Shown here: piece by piece, positions 35,705 to 51,029 of the stretch
Layout: each line of letters starts with the position of its first letter
Numbering within the stretch: the first letter of the stretch is position 1
Assembly (NCBI GenBank): GCA_051047955.1
Contig: JBPGPT010000027.1
Span: 124,001-188,000 of the forward strand
Direction of reading: 5' to 3'
DNA length: 64,000 nucleotides
From: Cystobasidiomycetes sp. EMM_F5
Taxonomy: Eukaryota
Made by a program: the position numbers and the translations under genes
The notes under the pieces: model-generated
Databases searched by the model: none
Seen by the model: only the letters and a program-made list of their open reading frames with translations
Told to the model about the DNA's origin: nothing

Positions 35705-36575
35705 TTAGTGCGCCCTTCTCGACTCTGCAATGATGACGGATACTTCGTCAATCTTGCGCTTGGCTCGGCGGAGCGTTCCGAGTCTCGCTTTGGCTGTACG
35801 ACGAGCCTTCTTGTCTTGTCCGTTTCTGTGGCATTACAAAGGGCAAGTCAGTATGGCTTAGCATTGCTGTCTGAGGCGTGATTGAGAAAGGAAGGCAGGG
35901 AGGATTCGGTTGATGACCACATTCGAACTGTGTTTTGTTGAAGAACTCGGTGTGGTAGCGCTTGCCATATGAGCGAATTGCATGCTGTTTGCGATATCGC
36001 AAATTCGGATAGGCCGTGCTGGCCGATGGCGTCGATTCGCAGCAGAACCACTCCTTTCATGGGGTCCCCAGCTCCGAGCACCCTTCTCTTGCTCGCTATG
36101 TCCACTCTATCGTACTGCATGATGTCGCATGTCGTCCGAGCCATTTTTATGTCGTCCAAATTGCCAATATTCCGTGCCTCCCTTCCGCAGCTATCGAGCA
36201 AGCCAGACTAGTCCACCCACCTCAACAGTTCCATCAATCTCCTCTCGTACGGCGCAAAGCCTACGACTTCTCTGACAAGGCTCTTGACGAATACGTGTCT
36301 CTTTGACGCCTTTCCTTTGCGCAGGGATGGCCTCTGCTTCTCCTCCCTCTTTGTGGTTGGGTGACCCCGGGACATGCCGACGGGGACGTCTGTGTGGTTG
36401 TAGTAGAGTAAGGCGTATCGAGTGCGTGCATATGAGTATTATATCGTATTCGTCCATTCCGAATGCCAAATTATGCGAAATTGCAGAATGTGAGCTCTGT
36501 TGCCCGTTCTTTCGCTGGCAGCCAGCCAGTCTAGCACAATTACCCACCTTTCCGCTCGTAACCCTTGTATGCCAT
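35705..36575 (-). CDS. RPL36: 60S ribosomal protein L36 (3 exons)
   Basis: [57 protein letters not shown]. Confidence 0.93.
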
Positions 36576-37459
36576 TGTGTTGATGTATAGCGGTGTGCGA
36601 GATGTTTCAGCCCTAGGCCAGCTTCTCCCAACTCCTCTGGCCTGCCTTCCTTGGATCGGGAAAAATCAGGAAAATGCAGACCGCAGCGAGTGTATTGTAC
36701 TTTCCAGGAGGTAGCGCAGGTCTGATATTGGTTGGAGTGTGCCGTGCAGCCTCCTCTTTTGCGTTTCTCCCCGCAGATTCGTGCAGAATGAAACCGCCTT
36801 CTCCGCTTTAGATTTGCTGACTGTTCTGCGAGCTGCAACGATATTTCCATTATACGTAATCCTCTGCAACTGACTCCTTCCCTGTATGCTTGAACGCGCC
36901 TAAACATTGCGGTTTTGGCTGAAACTGATTGATCTCAAAAATTCAAGCATTCTCCAGTCCCACCATCTAACCAGGTGGCTTAGAAGGGGGTGATTCCACA
37001 TCCAGCATGTCTCACAATCATGGCTGACTGGGAGAGAAAGCGAACGCTCTTTGATCAATCAGTGCGATTGTCAGTGGCTAAATGCCATGTCGCCTTCACG
37101 AACCCTGACAAAGCCAACTCGACAGTGTTGTATGCAGGCTGCAATGTGAAAGGCTACTTAGCCCACAGACAGCGAGAACAATTCGATGCCGCAATGCACG
37201 AGAAGAAAAATAAAAGACAGCAGCACTGCATACATTGTCATTCCGCTTTCATGCCAGTAGCCTTCGTAAATGCATAACAACTCCGCTGGGCAAGTCAACA
37301 TGGAAGGAAGAAAAGAAACACACGAGAAGGACTCTTTTTGATTCTCTTGCCAATGTTGCTCCTGCTCTGCCGTCAATGATGGTGTTGGTGACATTGGCAA
37401 CGTCCCTCTTCTGCACACGCCTACAGCAGCCGCCGAGGGCGATTGCACTGTCCCACCCT

Positions 37460-38596
<1,137 letters not shown>

Positions 38597-38924
38597 GGCT
38601 GGTTTTGAGCAAAGTGGGCGCCGTGCGGGTGTGCGATGTGAGAAGACTGGCCCTAGATGACCAAGTGCTGCGTGCGGATTGTGGTGTGCCCGACTTGTCG
38701 ACTTTGCGGTCCTTTTGGAGCAAGATCAAGCCTGGTTCGAGCTGCTGATGGCATGCCCGCGACTCTGCCAGGCACCGACGCGCAAAAACTTGATATTCAC
38801 AGACTGATACGTACTGACTAGCGCGGTACTGACGTGTACAACTGATTCTAAATCGCACTCCCGTTATTTCCAACTTTTCCGCGTCCTTCTCCGATATCTG
38901 TAGCGTCGGGAAATGGCGTTGCCC

Positions 38925-39677
38925 TCAACCCGCGTCTGCAACACCCTGAGCAATGCGCTGCAGCCTTTCTAGTATCGGCTCGGTGCGTTGGAAGCGTCTC
39001 ATTGCAGTTCGGAGCAGGCGTCGCAGGTGTGAGGTGCTGAGTGAGCGGTCGGCCTTGCCTCTGCGCAGTCGTCGTTCGTACTCCTTTTGGACTACAATGC
39101 ACAGATGTTCCACGACTCTCTGGCCTGCCGAAGACTCATGACTGCCGTGGAGTGTAGTTGGCAGCACGGGGCCCGCATCTGCCGAACTAACCGACCCCGG
39201 CCGTTGGAAATGGAAGCGAGGGTCGAAAGTGACGTTTGCGATATCCGGTTGCAACATGGCATTACTGTAGAGTACTGGAAGGTAAGAATCCGTTCTTTCT
39301 CGAAGATAGTAGATGATCCACTCGTGACCGAAGGGTTCGAACATATATCTACTATAGTGCGGCAAGCGTCTAACGACCTTGTGACCCTTGGGACGCTCGG
39401 AATAGGAAGGGGCATAGGCATGAACCTTTTCGATTTCGAAGTACTGCGCGTAATTGAGGCCGCCTGGTCCAATTGTCAGATAACAAATATTGACGACACG
39501 CCTCCGGTGCGAGTGTTCCTGGATCACCACATACTCCATGGCGTCTCGATTGATGTTTGGCTGTCTCAAGCCATTGCAGAAACCAATCAGCCGGACATTT
39601 ATCGGACAAAGTCTACGAATCTCGGCAGGGTTGCGTTCTCGCGCCCAGAAAGGCTCGTAGCGATGTCGCTGTGACAT
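38925..39677 (-). CDS. Orphan Arg-rich protein, tandem paralog 1 (intronless)
   Basis: Long ORF sharing the PFW, GPGGLxY, YYLxE and HL..VQ.E.ERR blocks with the two neighbouring genes. Confidence 0.75.
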   Translation of the reverse strand: MSQRHRYEPFWARERNPAEIRRLCPINVRLIGFCNGLRQPNINRDAMEYVVIQEHSHRRRVVNICYLTIGPGGLNYAQYFEIEKVHAYAPSYSERPKGHKVVRRLPHYSRYMFEPFGHEWIIYYLRERTDSYLPVLYSNAMLQPDIANVTFDPRFHFQRPGSVSSADAGPVLPTTLHGSHESSAGQRVVEHLCIVVQKEYERRLRRGKADRSLSTSHLRRLLRTAMRRFQRTEPILERLQRIAQGVADAG

Positions 39678-40155
39678 TACTCCGCTTGCTTTGTAAGAAT
39701 CTGCTTTACGCAAAGGCGGTCGTGGATACAAGTTCAAGCCGCATAGCAGCGCGTACCCATTCAAGCAAACACCTTCCCAGCTTCATTTCTCGGTCGGCTG
39801 TGTGCATCGTCTGACAAGAGGCACAGAGTCTACGAGTAGCATCGCAATTGTAACGCTGCAAGTGTTGCAAATATCACAGCACGCTCAATCATGACATCAA
39901 CGCGCTTGGGAGCATGGCGACACTAACGATGGTGCTAACTCACTCATACTCGCACTCGACCCTGCCGCAAGCACCAAGCAAAGCCTGCCTGAACAGGCAT
40001 ATAGCCCTTCGTCCTCGCAACGTACTTGACAGCCGATATCACTTGTCAGGGCAGGCAACCACGGATAATAAAGAGCTGCTGCTTTTCCCACGGCGACTCG
40101 TAATGTTCGCTCGATAGACCAAGCTACACCTTCTCCTCACTGTCGACGTTCTGCC

Positions 40156-40176
40156 TCATGCACCACCACCACCGGA

Positions 40177-40223
<47 letters not shown>

Positions 40224-40965
40224 GGCCGCTACCAACCCTTCCGGTGATTGCTGCTCTTGCGGCCTCAATGTCTGGCCCGATGCGCCGAGCGCGCCGCATC
40301 GCTGTACGGAACATCTTTTGCAAGAATCGCACGGAAATCGGGTCGTGTACGCGACCGCGTAGCATATTGCGCTCTTTCTCGGTTTGGAGTACCAGTTGAA
40401 GGTGCTGGACGATGTGGTGAGTGCGCGCATTCGTGACATTGCTTCTCTCGACTTGTCTGCGCGTCTCTTCGATGCTGTAGAAAGCCTCAACCTGTTCTGT
40501 ATCTGCCTGTGAGACACGCGCAAAGCTGCGTCGAGCGTCTATCGCACGGTTCGGCGTCGGATTTATAGGCACGACAGGATAGCTTTTTGCACCAAGCTCC
40601 TTCAGATAGTAGGTGTAGTACCTCCCATGTCGACGCTCGTATAAATACCTTCCGACTTGGACATTTGGTCGATGCCTGGCTACTTCCCAGCCAAGCCACT
40701 TTTGCTGCGTTTTAAAGGCTGGCGTATCCAAGATTTCGAAGTGTATCAGGTACATCAAACCGCCGGGCCCTACTATCAGAAGGCAGACCTTGATTCGGCC
40801 GCGAGTGCGATCTATGCGTTCAATGAAGAGCGGTCTGAAGTGGTAGGTTTTAGTATGGCCATCGCAGTATGACATGCTGTGCCCATTTGGGGGGACCTCT
40901 TCCCCTCGTGTATCGTGTCTGCGGTCCCAGAAAGGCGTGTAGCGAGATCTCGAGTGCCTCGCCAT
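40156..40965 (-). CDS. Orphan Arg-rich protein, tandem paralog 2 (intronless, poly-Ser tail)
   Basis: 269-aa ORF with the same motif blocks. Confidence 0.78.
40178..40222. repeat. Perfect (CTG)15 microsatellite
   Basis: 15 perfect units, read as AGC (Ser) codons at the C-terminus of paralog 2. Confidence 0.95.
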
Positions 40966-41353
40966 ACTGTATGATTAGCTGCTGAAGCACAGGCGCCTTA
41001 TGCGGCATCCGATCAGCGCGCTGTCAGGGCGTCCTTTGTGAGTGGGTGATGTCAGTAGCGTTAGTTAAGACGTTACATATCTGTCGACGTGTTGTACTGT
41101 CTATCGGCTGTGCACTGTCTGTTCTCGGCGATGCAATCATTTTGTAAGGTAAATATGTTCCTTATGGCGATAGCTGATATGTGCGATCGCAAATAATCAG
41201 AGTATCAGTGCTTCGCGTCTCATATCATATGCAAAAGCGCGGACAGTGCAGGTACTGAACAACTTCAGGATCTGCTTGTTTGCGTTGTATATGTTGGACA
41301 TCATTGTTTGATAGCTTGAGGTGCCCTCTTAGCCGGGCTCATCGTAGCACAAG

Positions 41354-42211
41354 CTAAACTTCCTCTATTATCGGTTCATTAAGGTCGATAATCTCCACCT
41401 CGTCAGGCGCCGGTCTAGGCGACGATGCTCTAGACGAGGGCCGTATTCCTGCATTTGTGTAGATACGTGCCACTCTGGCGGCTGTGTCTTGTGTTTTTCC
41501 GAAACATGAGACGGCGCGTTGTAGGATTCTCCGAAAGTCGGATACTCGTATACGATCGTATAGACGGCCTTGATACATGCGACGCTCCTTTTCTGACTGG
41601 ACGGCCTGTTGTAGATGCTGTAACAAATTGACGTTGGCTGCATTTGGCCCTACTGCTGCTCCAACGCCTCTCCTCCAAGGATGTGTGCGTAGGCGATCCT
41701 CGATTATGTCAGAGCCGGCGGAAGAAAAGCGCTCGAAGTCGTGAAGATAGCGAAGCGGATCAGACCGGTGAAGGGGGTCCGTCTGCTGCCTTGGAGCGAT
41801 GGCTCTCATTCCCAAGCGAACTTCTTGGAGGTAGTAAATGTGGTAGAGGCCGCTAGAAGTAGTGCTGTACAGATAGCGCCCGGCCCCGCCCCTAGAGGGG
41901 AGACGCGAACGCACCTCATGGCCCGCTCGCAGCTGCTCACGAGTGTATGCTTGCATTTTCTGGATATCAAACGTATGTGCGTATAGTAAACCGCCGGGTC
42001 CAGGCACTAGTGCGCGGATGCGAACCATCGGCGGTCGGGCCTGAGATTGTTGATGGTGCGAATGAATGTGCACTGAGACCAAAGGTGCCTTGAGAAGCTG
42101 CCCCGGACGACCGACTCCGTTACAATAGAAGAGTTCTCTGCAGTTGGCAGGTTTGCCAGGTTCCCCTCTGGCATCCCAAAAAGCAGGGCTACGCGAGTGG
42201 CGGCGGGGCAT
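41354..42211 (-). CDS. Orphan Arg-rich protein, tandem paralog 3 (intronless)
   Basis: 285-aa ORF with the same motif blocks. Confidence 0.78.
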   Translation of the reverse strand: MPRRHSRSPAFWDARGEPGKPANCRELFYCNGVGRPGQLLKAPLVSVHIHSHHQQSQARPPMVRIRALVPGPGGLLYAHTFDIQKMQAYTREQLRAGHEVRSRLPSRGGAGRYLYSTTSSGLYHIYYLQEVRLGMRAIAPRQQTDPLHRSDPLRYLHDFERFSSAGSDIIEDRLRTHPWRRGVGAAVGPNAANVNLLQHLQQAVQSEKERRMYQGRLYDRIRVSDFRRILQRAVSCFGKTQDTAARVARIYTNAGIRPSSRASSPRPAPDEVEIIDLNEPIIEEV

Positions 42212-42478
42212 GATGGCTGACGATACACGCGGCGTTACACTCTTTGGTGAGATAGCGAGGTAGATTCAAAAATGTAGTTAATGTGCAATGGAGCAGAGAC
42301 AGCCCACATTCGAGATTGTTGGCTGTAGAATGCCTAAGCACAGCATAGACATGTAAAACGTCTTGCGTCGTATCATCAGACACATACACGCACATATTTG
42401 GCACGTCTGTCGATATACGTCAGTTCAGCAGTCTGAGGATGTGAATGCTCGACGAGGGTATCCGAGCTGGCGACGACG

Positions 42479-43783
<1,305 letters not shown>

Positions 43784-43960
43784 TGCGAGTGCATCCCGGT
43801 AAATCAGACGCACTCGAGGTAGTTTATGCGAAAGAAGGGCAGGCCATGTAGCGCCCGAGTAGTTGTACTTTGTAAAATGCTCGACTTTGCCGTTTGCAAT
43901 AATTTGCGGCTCTACCTTGCATCGACTGCTGCAACAATGACCAAGTTATGACATGAAGTT

Positions 43961-46900
43961 ATGGACGAGCCAGATGAAGCTGCGCCTAGCGGGCCAGCAG
44001 AAACGAGCGCCAGCACCACCAGCCAGGCCGCAGAGATTGCCATCACACCGCTCGCTGGAAGCCGGTCATCCACTTCGCGGTTTCTGTGCCATCTGCTCGA
44101 GTTTGACGATGCAAAGATACTGCTAGACTGCGGTATAGTCGACAGGCGCGAGGAGTATCTGACCGGAGACGAGCTCGCCAACGTCGACTTTGACCGGAGG
44201 GAATATCTTCGCCATTTGAAAGAGTGAGAAAGGCAGTCGAGCTGAACGGTGACGGAGGGCAATAGCAAACTAATCGGGCATGATACTACTCCACGCAGAC
44301 TTGCTCCGAAACTCACCCTCGTCCTCTTGTCCGCCCCGACTATCGAAGCTCTGGGTCTGCTGCCGTACCTCGTGTGCAAGTTACGCCTCGCCTGTCCGAT
44401 ATATGCCACTTTTCCCTGTCGCACGCTAGGACAGCTGACCCTGTCGGAATGGGTAGCCGCTCGCTCAGCTGATGAATCCCAGTCGGAAAGCGATGCAAAG
44501 AGTAGCGATGCTGCAGATGACACTTCAGGCGATAAAGAGACGCCAGATACTGCCAACAACGACAAGTTACTACGAGCAGACGAAGTCGCATGGCGTGTCA
44601 GCCTTGAACAGATTCAACTCGCCTTCTCGCGCATAGTGCCAGTCGTGTACTCTCAAGTCATTCGTCTGACAGGCCGGTCAAGCTCGCCATTCTCCCTGCT
44701 GGCGCATCCTGCTGGCACCACCCTCGGATCAGCGCTTTGGTCCTTCCGAAGCGCTACAACGGACAGTCTTCTGTACGCTCCAGCGTTCAACCATGCGACC
44801 GAACGCACGATGGATCTCGCTGCCTTTCTTGTCAAAGGTAAAGACGGCAGGACCGATCTGAACGAGGCAATGCGAAGAATAGGGATCCTCGTCATCGGGG
44901 CCGAACGGTGTAATATAACAGCCACAAAAACAAAAGATCGCGATAGAAAACTCTTGGGTACGTTCGGATTGTCAGATATACGCAAAAACGCAAGCATTGA
45001 TGTATTTGAGTTCAGACATTATAACGTATCATTTGCACGAGCAGACCACCATTATTATGCCTACTGACAGTATCGGACGCTTTATGGAGCTCATCGTCCT
45101 CCTTGAGCAGCATTGGTCATTCTCCTCTCTCGCTCCTCAATTCCAGCTCTGTCTGCTAGCTTCCAACTCGGAAGAAATACTCTCCACTTTTCGTTCGTTC
45201 GGCGAGCAGATGGGAGGACATCTTGGGACAAATGAAGCCGAGCGCGCCCGTGTACTTCGCTTAGCCAACCTTCGCATACTTAATTCCGTGGAGCAGCTTC
45301 ACACGCGCTACCCGCCGGAACAGCCGAAGCTGGTCGTTTGCGCTCCTGCATCGCTGTCTCACGGTATGGCCCGTCAATTGATTGTCTCTTCTGCCATATC
45401 GAGTACGAAAGCTCTCGTCCTCCTGACTTCGCCGGGACCACCGGGATCGTTGGCAAACAATCTATTTCAGCGCTGGAATGACCGTCAGCCTGCGACATCG
45501 AGGTATGGCTCTGGGCGAGTCGGCGAGGTCATCGACTTTAGCGCCCCTTCTCCCAACGCAGCTATAACCTCAAGTACCCATATACGTATTCAGAACAGGC
45601 GCAAAGTCGTTTTGCAGGGCGAAGAACTGATGCAGTACCTCGAAGACAGGCGAATATCGCAAGAGCAGAGTCGTAAAGCTAGAGCGATGGCTGATCGCAA
45701 CCGCCGCATGATGGAAGCAGACGATGCGAGTGCTTCTACCGACTCTGACGATTCAGATGACGAATCGGAAGGGGAACGCGACCGCGATGACATCACTCGG
45801 GCCATCGTCAACGACGAAGTCGGTCAAGGCGCGGGTGTTGGCGCAGCGTCCTATGCCGAGCCTGGTAGTGCGCCGGTCCTTCGCACACACAGACAGGGCG
45901 TTACACGACAAGGATTTGATGATGGAGGAGCCCCACCCAGTGGGCCCTGGGATGAATTTCTCGACGATTACAAAGGAGGGGCCGTAGGAGGTTTCGATAT
46001 CTATGTTCGACAGACGTATAATCCTGCTTACAGAGGCGGCATTACTGGCGCTTTGTCGGGTAGTACGCATCAATCTCGACTGCGAATGTTTCCGTTTTTT
46101 GAGCGGCGGCGGAAGATGGACACTTACGGTGAATTCATTGATCTGGAAGGCTGGAGAGCCCGAGGCAAAGGGCCAGAAGAAACGGAAACCCAGTTGAGCA
46201 TCGCCGATACCCTGCTTGGCAAACGCAAGCGAGAAGACGCTAAAACGGTATGTGACCGTTGAGATAAGATAAAGACAGCATCGACGGTGCTAATACGGGC
46301 GCACTGTTGTGTAGCAGGCTCAGGTCGAAGCGCCTCATAAATACGTGGTCGAGGACGTAAACGTAGAATTACGATGTAAGATCATCGCGATCGACATGGA
46401 AGGCAAAGCGGATGGTAGAGCCCTGCGATCTATCGTTCCCTTGATGCAGCCGAAGAAGCTAGTCCTCATCAATGCAGACGATCACGCCACAGACACTTTG
46501 GCGGAAGCGTTGCAATCCGCGAGCCTCACTAGCAGGGACATCCTTTCTCCGCACATTGGGCAGAGAATCAAGGTGGCAGAAGTGACAAAGTCTTTTTCCG
46601 TCAGACTGGATGACAGCCTGATGGCCGCATTGGCTTTGCGCAAAGTGTGTCCAGCATTACTAGCCATTTCTGCTATGCAAATACCTGAAACTTCACTATT
46701 CTCCTCCTCAGATCGATGAGTATGAAGTTGTGCCGGTCAAGGGTGTCATCGGGCAAACGGACGAGTCAACAGTACCTTTGCTAGTGCCGACCAATTCATT
46801 CGAAGCCTCGGTGGCGAAGTCTGGCTCGCAAGAACAAGATGCCACAATGCGAGATACAGATGCTCTTCCCGAATTATTGGCTCCCCATTTCATCGGAGAC

Positions 46901-47227
46901 ATCAAGCTGGCGATGCTGAAAGCGTCGCTGGCTGCAAAAAGTATTCCCGTTATGTTTCAGCGGGGCGCCCTAGTCTGCGGACCCGTCCGGCCCGCCACAT
47001 CCGCTGCGAAGCCAAAAGAGCCCAAGATTGGTCGCCTTGCGCAATTAAGTGGCGCCGCAAGCAGACCATCGCCAACACCGGAGATCAACGAAGAAGTTGT
47101 CGATACATCCGGCGGTAAAGTACTGGTGCGTAAGGACGGGCCACAACTGGTCTTGGACGGATCGCCCGGCGATACTTTCTATGCCGTTCGAACAGCCATT
47201 TACGATATGCATGCTGTAGGATCCTGA
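43961..47227 (+). CDS. CFT2: Cleavage and polyadenylation specificity factor subunit 2 (CPSF100)
   Basis: CHLLEFDDAKILLDCG, AHPAGTTLGSALW, YAPAFNH, RMFPFFERRRKMDTYGEFID and IDMEGKADGRAL. Confidence 0.9.
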
Positions 47228-47297
47228 TACCTGTTAGTGACAGGATAAAGAGGGGAAAATAACCGTTGGCGATGGCGCGCACGAAGGGTCTGCTGTT

Positions 47298-49696
47298 CTA
47301 TCGTGCGTCTTGCGTCTTCGAAATGACAGAGACTGCTCCGAGCCCGCCTTTCGTCTTTGCGACCGCCCAATTACGATGAAAGCGTCCAGGTTGTTGAAGT
47401 GTAGACACGCGTACAGACGCGGGCTGCCCAGCCTTATTCGAGGTGCTTGAGTGACTGAGTCGCTGTTCCATGTCAGTTGTCGCTGACAACAGGCGGTTGG
47501 TCGGCAGCCCTGTTATGCTGCTCATTATGCTCAATATGCGCTTATAGTCTGCAGACTCCACGCCTTCCTCATCGCTAGTACTCCAGATCCGCACATCTTG
47601 GCCTGGGTGTTGCGATGCGGAGTACGTGGCTTCTCCAGGTACGGGCGTTGAGAAGGTCGAATAAAATGCCTCCAGCCTGACAGCTCGCTCTTCGTCTCTC
47701 AAATCGGCGTCATCGACTCCGGCTTCAGTATTTTCAGACGGCATCGGGAAATACTTGTCAATAATTGCTGCAGCACCCGGTTCCGGTAGCATGCCAAGGA
47801 CAGCTATCATTCTGCACTCAGTCGCTGCTCAGGGCGGTATAGACATTACTTACACGCCGGAACCTTCGGGAGATTGAAGTAGCTTTTCTCAAAATATTCA
47901 AAGAACTTGTCCATTTCGGCAGGATCGAGTGCGCCGACATTGTCGCTAAACATCCAGTTAGCGGGTCAAGTAAGCGCAAAGTGCAGTCGACTGACCTTCG
48001 CGCTGCTCTCGGTATTGCCGTATTCGGCAATTGGTACTGCATACGCTCAGCCAGTTCAAGCCAACTCTCGAAGCGTGGCATAGTCACTGCCATGTCTAGA
48101 TCATCAAGAGGAAGTCTGAGATGTGGCAGCGTTAGGCCGGCCTGCGCTTGTAGCATCGCCTTTCCTCACCTTGTTGTTCCGTCCACGCCCCAAACGAGTT
48201 TGAGACTGATGATAACGCTGGCAGCTAGACTCATTTCTGGCAACTCCGTGGCGTTGCCAGACGCAGTTTGAAATTGCATAGACGCTTGAGCTGATAGGAG
48301 TATCCTCCGAGCTGCCAAGTATATGAAGGCTTTGGAAAAGTCAGGCATGGTGAATGTCGCGGTTAATAAGACTTACGAGGTAGGCATGCTTCTTCGACCA
48401 TTTTCCATAACATGGCAGGAGCATTGATCGGAGGAAAGGCTATGTCGCATTCTTCTTTCAACAGGCGTATCATACTCGTTGTTGATCTAGAAAGGCTGTT
48501 CTCAGTGGACGTAATACCAAGCACCGGCACGACCGTCTACGGAACAGACAAAGTTAGATATGCACGACATTCGAGCACAAGGCTTCGACACGCACGTCCT
48601 CGATGAAGTCTGCGGTCCTGACCGTCTCCAAGTGCTTGCGCATGTCTTCTGGCACTTGTGCCAATATGTCTAGATATGCGATTTTGTGTGAGGCGGCCAG
48701 GCTGTACTTGTGTCAGCCAAGCAAAGTGATGCGGCTCGGCGACGTACTCCAGCAAGTCCCGCATCAATACCGGCAATCGTAGGGTCAGACACGCGAGGTA
48801 GCAAATGACTAGCGTGTAGTGCATTTGCAGTCGGCGACTAGGATCGAAGGGTTTCCTGGGCTTCCTCGTTGATTTGGATGTATAATTCCCGTATCCGGAA
48901 GTAGCCTCGCCTGTTGACTTCTTTGGGGACTCACTGCGCGTTGATTTGTCTGATGTAGCGTCAGGCTCGCTGTCGGTGCTGCTCGCGCTATCGGAAAGCG
49001 CATTGTACAGGGCAGCCAGCGGGTCATGGTATTCCGGTGCAGCTTCCTTGTCTGGCGATGAGCCGTCACGGGAGCCTCGGTCATCGACGTCTTTGTACGG
49101 CTCGGCTTCCAGATCGGTAAGCGATATATACATTGCCCAGAGATCTCGCACAATCATCTGTGTTACGACTTTTAGTTTTGACCATATATTGACAGACGAA
49201 GTAGACCTCACTTCGAACTCAATAGGAAGATCCCAAAGGATCATTAATTGCTGAGTCTGCCGGCGCAGGAGAATTTGAGTGATCTGGAAGTGCAGATATC
49301 GCAATTGTTGCCCATGATAGACTATGGCAACGTGCTCTCAGTGCCCGAAGCGTAAGAGATCACGACATGGCCTACAATCAGTATTTGCGGTCTTGCCTAC
49401 CCAGGTCGCTATTTTGCGCTTGTTGACTCTGCGTATGCGGGTTGAGAATTGAGAGGGTCCCTCGGCTTCAGTATCTTCTTGGACATAACCCTGAAGGGGC
49501 GCGTCAAGCGTTTGTCAGAGCAATCAGCAACATCAGTGAGAGTACGCGTCAGTATAATGAACAACACCAATGGTCAGCTAATTGTCAACCTCGTTCGCAC
49601 CTGTAAGATGTGGCCCTCCTCGCATACAACCAATCCAGAATTACGGTCGCGATGCCATCGTCTTGACCGGCATATCTGGCAACGCGGCTTTGGCAT
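47298..49696 (-). CDS. RRN7: RNA polymerase I initiation factor Rrn7/TAF1B
   Basis: N-terminal zinc ribbon CQICRSRRW..GLVVCEEGH, QILLRRQ, VRDLWAMY and TLVICYLACLTLRLPV. Confidence 0.82.
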
Positions 49697-49955
49697 ACCT
49701 GGCTTGAGGTAGCACCCGGTTGAGACGCTCCAAGCCTGAAGCTGAAGCTGAAGCGAAACCGCGCCCCGAGACTGTGCGGCAAAGCGGAGACGATGCAAAG
49801 AAGATGGGTGGTATGTACCGTCTGGAGGAACATACGGAAGGATGGTTGCATCGAAAAAGCCCAAGAGGACCGCTTTATACAACGACAGCTGCAAAACACA
49901 TCTAACGAGACCACTTGTGCGGAAGATTGCATTGATCGTTATGGAACAAGCAACC

Positions 49956-50852
49956 TCACACGGGGACAATGTGACATCCCAAAAGTCCCCTCCCGCTCCA
50001 AACCTTCGGCATTAATACCAAGGAAACGAGGTTTTCAACTTCAGTTGTGTCATGTTTTCGCATGACGTCGATTGTCATCGAGCGCTGTAGTGACCACGTC
50101 AATAAGCGAAATACATACGACGAGACAATCGTCTCCTACATTTTCATTCTGTTGCACTTCAGCAGCAACGGCGCGGAGGGTGTCGTGGTTGTCGAATTTA
50201 ATACTGCCAAAGCGAACAAACTTGTCTCCGCGGCGCAAGCCCTACATCAAGAGCACAGAAGTGAGTCGAGCGTCGTCGAGCAGTAGATACAGACGTACAG
50301 CAGTTGCGGCAGGAGAACCTGGGGCGACCCCGTTGCACAGGGCGAATGGCAGCGGGGCAGCTTCTTCTCTGGCTGAGCTAGTACTTGCTTTGCTCTCCGA
50401 AGGCGGAGGCCTAGCCAAGGCGACTTCGAGCAGCTCTTTGATCTTTTCGCTTATTGCTTTGATGTCGTTTCGTAATTCGATGACGCGGCTGCGGGGAAGA
50501 GGTAAGAATGCACTTTCCGCGACAAGGCGGCTGCCACGCACACTCTAGTCAGTCTTACGTTGTGGACGTCAATGTCTCCACGCGGAAAGCCTTCCGGATC
50601 AATGAGGCTTTGACCGAGTTCAGCGTTCTGGCTCTGCAGCGCTTCGTGGAGCTGCCCCAACTCGAGCTCTTTGGCGTCCTTGGACTGTGCGCGTCACACG
50701 GCGTCAGTCACTCAGCATCAGCATTGGTTCTCAGCCAGCATCGCTCAGATCGTGCTGCGTCTTTGTCGTTTCAGCGTCACCCAGCACACCTTTATGAGCT
50801 CCAGCGCAGCTTCCCTGGCCTGCGCTGCGTCCATGTCTGCAGACGAGGCCAT
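49956..50852 (-). CDS. NAS2: Proteasome assembly chaperone Nas2/PSMD9 (PDZ)
   Basis: LIDPEGFPRGDIDV, IELRND, VAPGSPAA..GD...FG and a C-terminal GRGLLGCHIVP. Confidence 0.9.
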
Positions 50853-51029
50853 AGCAGTATCGCAGCTTCCACAGCAGTGCTCAGGCAGCCTCCGCCCCAT
50901 GATCCATCCAGGTTGTCCAGTGCCGAGCTGCGTCTGAGCGCGTAAACACGAAAACATCAAACCTCAAATTCCCTCTAAAGAGTCACTTTTACAGGTTGTC
51001 TCCCTTCCGACCACTCCCACTTCCTCCCA

